Below are positions 58,678 to 64,000 of a stretch of 64,000 nucleotides of DNA, one piece after another. Made by a program: the position numbers and the translations under genes. Positions within the stretch are counted from its first letter, which is position 1. Every line of letters begins with the position of its first letter. The notes under the pieces were generated by a model. It did no database searches, was not told where the DNA came from, and saw only the letters and a list, made by a program, of their open reading frames with translations. The DNA comes from Candidatus Hikarchaeia archaeon HikBin5 (GTDB lineage: Archaea; Halobacteriota; Halobacteria; Halobacteriales; Hikarchaeaceae). The DNA lies in the NCBI GenBank assembly GCA_009889625.1, contig WTZU01000001.1, positions 14,574 through 78,573 of the forward strand. Direction: 5' to 3'.

Positions 58678-60981
58678 ATGACCACTATCTGGTTAACTGA
58701 TGTATCTAAATCTGATATACAACTGGCAGGGGGCAAAGGTGCCTCGTTAGGCGAGATGATCAGTTCGGGTTTTCCAGTCCCTCCCGGGTTTGTCGTGACT
58801 GCATCAACATATCGTGATTTTATTAACCAATCTGGAATTGCCGAGGAATTATTCCGTCTGATGGAGCTCGATATAGAAGATCCAGAAGCGCTAGTAGATG
58901 CCCATACAAAAGCGGTAAGTTTAATCCAAAATGCTTCCATCCCCCTCCCTGTCCAAGAAAATATCCTTCTTAACTTTGAAGAATTGGCCAAACAAATAGG
59001 AGGGGAGGATGTATTTGTCGCAGTACGCTCTTCTGCTACTGCCGAAGATTTGCCCGAAGCATCATTTGCAGGCCAACAAGAAACTTACCTAAATGTTAGC
59101 AGAAACGATTTAATTAAACGTATCAAAGATTGCTGGGCTTCTCTGTTCACCCAACGTGCCATTTATTATAGGTCTGAAAAAGGATTCCAAACTGAAGATG
59201 TAGATATTTCTGTTATCGTTCAATCAATGATAGATGCGGAAGTATCCGGCGTTCTTTTCACTCGGCATCCCTCTTCTGGCGATCCACATATGGTCATTGA
59301 AGCAGCATGGGGACTTGGAGAAGCTGTAGTCTCTGGGGAAGTTTCCCCCGACCATTATATAGTCGACCGCGATAGCAAAACAATTCTTAGCCTTACTATT
59401 TCTGATAAACAGATATTATATGAACGCGACCAATATACCGGAGAGACATTAAAACGAAATGTCCCATCTGATTTGAGAGAGGCCCAAGTCCTATCTGAAT
59501 CCACTATATTGGATTTAACTAACCTGGGGGAAATAGTTGAAAGTCACTACGGATATCCTCAAGATATAGAATGGGCCATTTCCAATGGTGAAATCTACCT
59601 ATTACAATCGCGCCCTATAACTACTATAGACACTCCCATGAGTGCTGAAGAACCCACTCTTGAAATTCAACAAAAAGCCGAATATGGGTCTGACAAAAAT
59701 CTCTTAACTGGAATTGGATCTAGTCCTGGTATTTCCTCAGGCCCGATTCGAATTATAACGAATCTAGATCACTTAGATAAAGTTGTCTCTGGGGATATAC
59801 TTGTGACTAAAATGACCACTCCTGATATGGTCCCTGCCATGAAACGGGCAGGAGGTATCATTACAGATGAAGGTGGCATGACTAGCCATGCATCGATTGT
59901 TTCACGTGAATTGGGTGTTCCTGCCATTGTTGGAACTAAATCTGCAACAACCAGTTTGGAGGATGGGCTCATTGTAACCATGGATGGAAATTTAGGAACT
60001 GTTACCATGGGCGATTCTCAATCTATCACTCCCTCTCATCCCATTTCTGATTCTCATTCTCTATCTGTGCCCTTTTCAAAACCAATGACCGCAACCAAAG
60101 TTCTAGTAAATGTGTCTATACCCGAAGCAGCAGAAAGAGCAGCTTCGACAGGGGCAGACGGAGTTGGACTACTTAGAATTGAACATCTAATACTTTCTAC
60201 AAATAAAACGCCCGAAAAATATATTTCTGATCATGGATCAAAAGCTTATGTAGAAGAAATAATTCGTGGAATAAGTGTAGTAGCCGACGCCTTTTATCCT
60301 TTACCCGTAAGGGTACGAACGTTAGATGCTCCTACAGATGAATTCCGGCAACTACAAGGGGGGGCGGATGAACCTCAAGAACACAATCCTATGCTGGGTT
60401 ATCGAGGAATTCGACGCTCTCTCGACACGCCAGATTTGTTCTCATATGAGTTACAAGCCTTTGCGAAACTTTTCGACATGGGCTATGACAATATTGAAAT
60501 AATGTTTCCTCTCATTAACGACGCAAAAGATGTATTGCCTGCCTTGCAATTAATGAAAGAAGTGGGGATCGACACCGAAAAATGTGTGTGGGGGGTAATG
60601 ATAGAAACCCCTGGAAGTGCGCTGATGATAGATGATATCCTCGATACTGGGATTAAATTTGCTAGTTTCGGTACAAATGATCTAACTCAATACACGTTGG
60701 CAGTCGATAGAAACAATGCTAGAGTTGCAGACAGATTCGACGAGTTGCACCCTGCAATTTTAAAATTAATTTCACCTGTTATCCAGGCATGTAATGACCG
60801 CTCAGTTGAGACTTCAATTTGTGGACAAGCGGCATCGAAACCATCAATGGTCAAGCACTTAGTATCTTGTGGAATTTCTTCCATATCTGCCAACATTGAT
60901 GCTGTCCGAGATGTCCAACAAGAAGTCCAACGAGTGGAACAACAACTCATACTTGATTCAATACGATTTACTAACGAGTGA
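58678..60981 (+). CDS. ppsA: Phosphoenolpyruvate synthase (pyruvate, water dikinase)
   Basis: 767 aa. Contains GGKGASLGEM, the phospho-His motif GGMTSHASIVSRELGVPA and SFGTNDLTQY. Confidence 0.95.
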   Translation: MTTIWLTDVSKSDIQLAGGKGASLGEMISSGFPVPPGFVVTASTYRDFINQSGIAEELFRLMELDIEDPEALVDAHTKAVSLIQNASIPLPVQENILLNFEELAKQIGGEDVFVAVRSSATAEDLPEASFAGQQETYLNVSRNDLIKRIKDCWASLFTQRAIYYRSEKGFQTEDVDISVIVQSMIDAEVSGVLFTRHPSSGDPHMVIEAAWGLGEAVVSGEVSPDHYIVDRDSKTILSLTISDKQILYERDQYTGETLKRNVPSDLREAQVLSESTILDLTNLGEIVESHYGYPQDIEWAISNGEIYLLQSRPITTIDTPMSAEEPTLEIQQKAEYGSDKNLLTGIGSSPGISSGPIRIITNLDHLDKVVSGDILVTKMTTPDMVPAMKRAGGIITDEGGMTSHASIVSRELGVPAIVGTKSATTSLEDGLIVTMDGNLGTVTMGDSQSITPSHPISDSHSLSVPFSKPMTATKVLVNVSIPEAAERAASTGADGVGLLRIEHLILSTNKTPEKYISDHGSKAYVEEIIRGISVVADAFYPLPVRVRTLDAPTDEFRQLQGGADEPQEHNPMLGYRGIRRSLDTPDLFSYELQAFAKLFDMGYDNIEIMFPLINDAKDVLPALQLMKEVGIDTEKCVWGVMIETPGSALMIDDILDTGIKFASFGTNDLTQYTLAVDRNNARVADRFDELHPAILKLISPVIQACNDRSVETSICGQAASKPSMVKHLVSCGISSISANIDAVRDVQQEVQRVEQQLILDSIRFTNE

Positions 60982-61011
60982 TCTATCTCTTATGAACTTC
61001 CATACTATTAC

Positions 61012-63051
61012 ATGAGTACCAATCCTCTCCCCACTGATAAACCTGCAGTCGTAACTTGCGGTTTGCCCTATGCAAATGGGAATCTGCATATCGGACATAT
61101 GAGGACATATGTAAGTGGAGATGCCCTGAGTAGGTCACTACGTAAATTGGGACAAAAAACAGCATTTGTTTGTGGATCTGACATGCACGGGACTCCTGTA
61201 GCGGTAAACGCATGGAAGGAAGGAAAATCCCCTAGAGAATTTGCCTTGTTCTGGCATGAAAAATACAAACAAACTTTCCTTGGAATGTCGATCGAATTCG
61301 ATAATTATGGTCATACAGACGACGAAACCAACACCATGTTGACACGAGAAATAGTCAGAAAACTAGATGATTCTAATCACATTTATGACAAAAAAATACT
61401 GGTGGCTTGGGATCCTGTCGAAGACCAACCTCTCCCCGACCGATATGTTGAGGGAACTTGTCCTCATTGCGGGGCAACCGCAAGAGGAGACGAATGCGAT
61501 GACGGTTGCCAAAGACATTTAGAACCTGGAGAAGTACTGAACCCCAAAAGTATAATCACAGGGAATGAAGCTGAATATAGGAACAAATCTCATAAATTTT
61601 TTCGCATTTCAGATTTTCAAAATTATCTCCAAGGGTTTATCAATAGACTTGAAGGGACTACAAATGCCAAAAACCAACCTAGAGAATGGATAGATGGCTC
61701 TCTCCACGATTGGTGTATCACACGAAATATAGATTGGGGGATCTCTTACCCTAGTGATGAAAAAACCGATTTGGTTCTATATGTTTGGGTGGATGCTGTA
61801 GTTGAATATATTTCTTCCACCAAACAATATTCCGACCGTGTCGGATCTACTTTATTCGATTGGGAGGAAGCTTGGAAACAAGATGGAGAAATAATTCATG
61901 TTATAGGCCGTGATATTATCCAACACCATGCGGTTTTCTGGCCAGCCATGCTGCATGGATCTGGTTATTCAGAACCACGCGCAATCATGGCCACCGGATT
62001 TGTAAATCTGAATAAAAAAGCATTTTCAACTAGTCGAAATCGTGCCATTTGGGTGGATGATTATTTCTCCGAGGACTTCGACCCAGACCTTTTAAGATAT
62101 TATCTAGTTACTGTGGGGAGCTTACAAGATGATATTGACTTCTCTTGGGCCAATTTCGCTGATAAAGTGAACGGGGAATTGGTTGGAAATATAGGGAATT
62201 TCCTTTACCGCTCCATGCTCTTTGCCCAACGTGAATATGGAGGTGCTCCGGAAAAACAAGTAAGCAAAGAGGTACAAGATAGGATCCAGGAAGCAATAGT
62301 TGAATTTTCCAATTCAATTAACAATTATTCTTTGCGCAATTCTGCTTTATCCGGGGCAAAATTAGCTCAATATGGGAATGCATATATCCAACAAAACGAA
62401 CCCTGGAAACTCCTAAAAAATAATCCCGATCTTGCTGCTCAAATTATTAGAGATTGCGTGCAAATATGCAAAGCAGTGTGCATTCTATTATCTCCCACTA
62501 TGCCAAATACAACCCAGAAATTATGGGAGGAAATGGGGGAGTTCGGATCCATTCACCAAGTAACTTTAAGTGAATCTCTGGAATCCCCTCCTCTCTCTTT
62601 CGAACCACCAAGTGAACCATTTATGCCAATCGATGATAAAAAAATCAAAAAACTTGATAATAAACTAGAACAACAAATCACGTCCCCTTCTAATCCTGAA
62701 AAACAATCTCTGGTTTCTCAGGACAATGGACAAAAACGCATCCCATTTGAACATTTCCAAAAACTTGATTTAAGAGTTGGCAAAATACTCACTGCAAAAG
62801 AAATATCTGGGTCAGAAAAGTTACTCAAAATTGAGGTTGACATTGGATCTGAAACTAGGCAAATAGTCGCAGGAATTCGGAAATTTTATTCCCCCGATGA
62901 TTTAATTGGAAAGAGTGTGGTTGTCATTACCAATCTAGAAAAAGCAACTATTTTTGGAACTGAATCCAACGGAATGATATTGGCAGCAGGAGATACAGCC
63001 GATCTACTTACTACTTATGCAAATTCTCCTCCTGGGGAGAAGATAAGATAA
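61012..63051 (+). CDS. metG: Methionyl-tRNA synthetase with a C-terminal tRNA-binding (Trbp111-like) domain
   Basis: 679 aa. Has the HIGH motif PYANGNLHIGH, the zinc knuckle CPHCGATARGDECDDGC and the KMSKS-equivalent FSTSRN. The C-terminus is LDLRVGKILTAKE... Confidence 0.95.
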   Translation: MSTNPLPTDKPAVVTCGLPYANGNLHIGHMRTYVSGDALSRSLRKLGQKTAFVCGSDMHGTPVAVNAWKEGKSPREFALFWHEKYKQTFLGMSIEFDNYGHTDDETNTMLTREIVRKLDDSNHIYDKKILVAWDPVEDQPLPDRYVEGTCPHCGATARGDECDDGCQRHLEPGEVLNPKSIITGNEAEYRNKSHKFFRISDFQNYLQGFINRLEGTTNAKNQPREWIDGSLHDWCITRNIDWGISYPSDEKTDLVLYVWVDAVVEYISSTKQYSDRVGSTLFDWEEAWKQDGEIIHVIGRDIIQHHAVFWPAMLHGSGYSEPRAIMATGFVNLNKKAFSTSRNRAIWVDDYFSEDFDPDLLRYYLVTVGSLQDDIDFSWANFADKVNGELVGNIGNFLYRSMLFAQREYGGAPEKQVSKEVQDRIQEAIVEFSNSINNYSLRNSALSGAKLAQYGNAYIQQNEPWKLLKNNPDLAAQIIRDCVQICKAVCILLSPTMPNTTQKLWEEMGEFGSIHQVTLSESLESPPLSFEPPSEPFMPIDDKKIKKLDNKLEQQITSPSNPEKQSLVSQDNGQKRIPFEHFQKLDLRVGKILTAKEISGSEKLLKIEVDIGSETRQIVAGIRKFYSPDDLIGKSVVVITNLEKATIFGTESNGMILAAGDTADLLTTYANSPPGEKIR

Positions 63052-63099
63052 TTTCATCTATACATTCTTATTTTTTCAGCTCCACTGTAATTATATAAT

Positions 63100-64000
63100 A
63101 TGGGAAAAACTAAGATCGTCTGTACATTGGGGCCTGCAACATCGGATGCATCTACAATTCATGGATTAATCGAAGCAGGGATGTCCGTTGCAAGAATCAA
63201 TGCCAGCCATGGATCTCCCGAAGAATGGGGGCATTATATTAACCTTATCCGGGAAGTAGAAACCGAATTCAACAAACCCGTTGCCATCCTTTTCGATTTA
63301 CAAGGGCCTGATATAAGGACAGCTTCTTTAAAATCACCTATAGATTTGACCCCTGGGGATCTAATTCAATTCACCGAAGGGGAAGGATCTCCGCCCTCTA
63401 TCATTGGAATCTCACACCCATTAACAGAGGTCTCCGTAGGCGATAGTATATTAATCGATGATGGGAAGATAGAGGCAAAAATCACAGAAACTACATCTGA
63501 AATTCTAACTGCTGAAATAATTTCAGGAGGAGAATTAAACAGTCACAAAGGTATTAGTATCCCCGGAGTTCGTCTAAATCTAAATCCAGTCACCGAAAAA
63601 GACCATAAAGATCTAGAATTCATATCCTCCCATAGTGTCGATTTCATCGCCGCTAGCTTCGTTCGAAATGCATCTGATATACTTGCTCTCCGATCTGCAA
63701 TGGAATCTCTTGATTTGGATATCCCTATCATAGCAAAAATAGAACGATCCGATTCTCTTACAGAATTGGATTCTATAATTGAAATATCTTATGGTATTAT
63801 GATAGCAAGAGGCGATCTTGGTGTTGAATGTCCCCTCCAAGAAGTGCCTTTGATCCAAAAAAGAATTATTCACAAATGTATCGATTCCGGAGTGCCTGTA
63901 ATAACTGCAACCGAAATGTTAGATTCGATGGTAACTTCTCCTCGTCCCACGAGGGCCGAGGCATCTGATGTGGCAAATGCCGTTCTAGATGGAACTGATG
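63100..64000 (+). CDS. pyk: Pyruvate kinase (3' end lies outside the window)
   Basis: This ORF is absent from the supplied ORF track because it has no stop within the window. My own translation from the ATG at 63100 gives [38 protein letters not shown]. Further on it reads [18 protein letters not shown] and [16 protein letters not shown] at the window edge. Confidence 0.9.
   Translation, partial: MGKTKIVCTLGPATSDASTIHGLIEAGMSVARINASHGSPEEWGHYINLIREVETEFNKPVAILFDLQGPDIRTASLKSPIDLTPGDLIQFTEGEGSPPSIIGISHPLTEVSVGDSILIDDGKIEAKITETTSEILTAEIISGGELNSHKGISIPGVRLNLNPVTEKDHKDLEFISSHSVDFIAASFVRNASDILALRSAMESLDLDIPIIAKIERSDSLTELDSIIEISYGIMIARGDLGVECPLQEVPLIQKRIIHKCIDSGVPVITATEMLDSMVTSPRPTRAEASDVANAVLDGTD

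Noticed and set aside
58653-58991. 112-aa minus-strand ORF overlapping the 5' end of ppsA.
   Set aside because: It is antisense to the ppsA N-terminal ATP-grasp region (GGKGASLGEM) and has a Ser-rich, low-complexity translation.
60358-60364. G7 homopolymer in an AT-rich genome, considered as a slippage or phase-variation site in ppsA.
   Set aside because: The run is read through in frame (LQGGADE) within an intact 767-aa PEP synthase. There is no evidence of a frameshift.

Overview
This window is a densely packed, almost entirely protein-coding stretch of an archaeal (euryarchaeal) chromosome. I call about 57 CDSs, the first and last of them truncated by the window edges. Gene content and local gene order are strikingly haloarchaeon-like: trpCBA fused to the archaeal ADH-synthase/DHQ-synthase-II shikimate genes, a Tat-signal halocyanin-like cupredoxin, smc-scpA, and conserved haloarchaeal-type hypothetical proteins next to carB. 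However, the DNA is only about 38-40% GC by hand counts and the proteins are lysine-rich, so this does not look like a classical salt-in haloarchaeon.

Most genes are housekeeping:
- Translation and its factors: thrS, metG, gatB, aIF5A, deoxyhypusine synthase, agmatinase, Dph6.
- Nucleotide and amino-acid synthesis: pyrG, carA, carB, thrB, trpCBA, aroA'/aroB', pdxS, apt, nadM.
- Central carbon metabolism: gpmI, ppsA, pyk.
- Chromosome biology: topA, smc-scpA, a NurA/HerA-like pair.
- Protein quality control: thermosome, LonB.
- Isoprenoid and lipid-carrier genes: idi, uppS, a degenerate uppS paralogue, a DUF92/VTE6-family membrane protein.

Reading by eye, I found no rRNA, tRNA, CRISPR array, transposase, integrase or prophage signature.

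The most interesting items:
1. A convergent pair of cis-prenyltransferase paralogues with complementary motif loss, which is a candidate heteromeric enzyme. It sits beside a DUF92 fusion protein.
2. A stand-alone NurA-HerA module.
3. A translationally coupled aIF5A-agmatinase pair.
4. A perfect 3 x 27-bp in-frame tandem repeat in a coiled-coil gene.
5. A perfect 16-bp palindrome abutting a TATA-like box.
6. Several tightly coupled gene pairs of unknown function.

None of these amounts to a clear mobile or defence island. All functional calls rest on motif recognition in the supplied translations, not on database searches.
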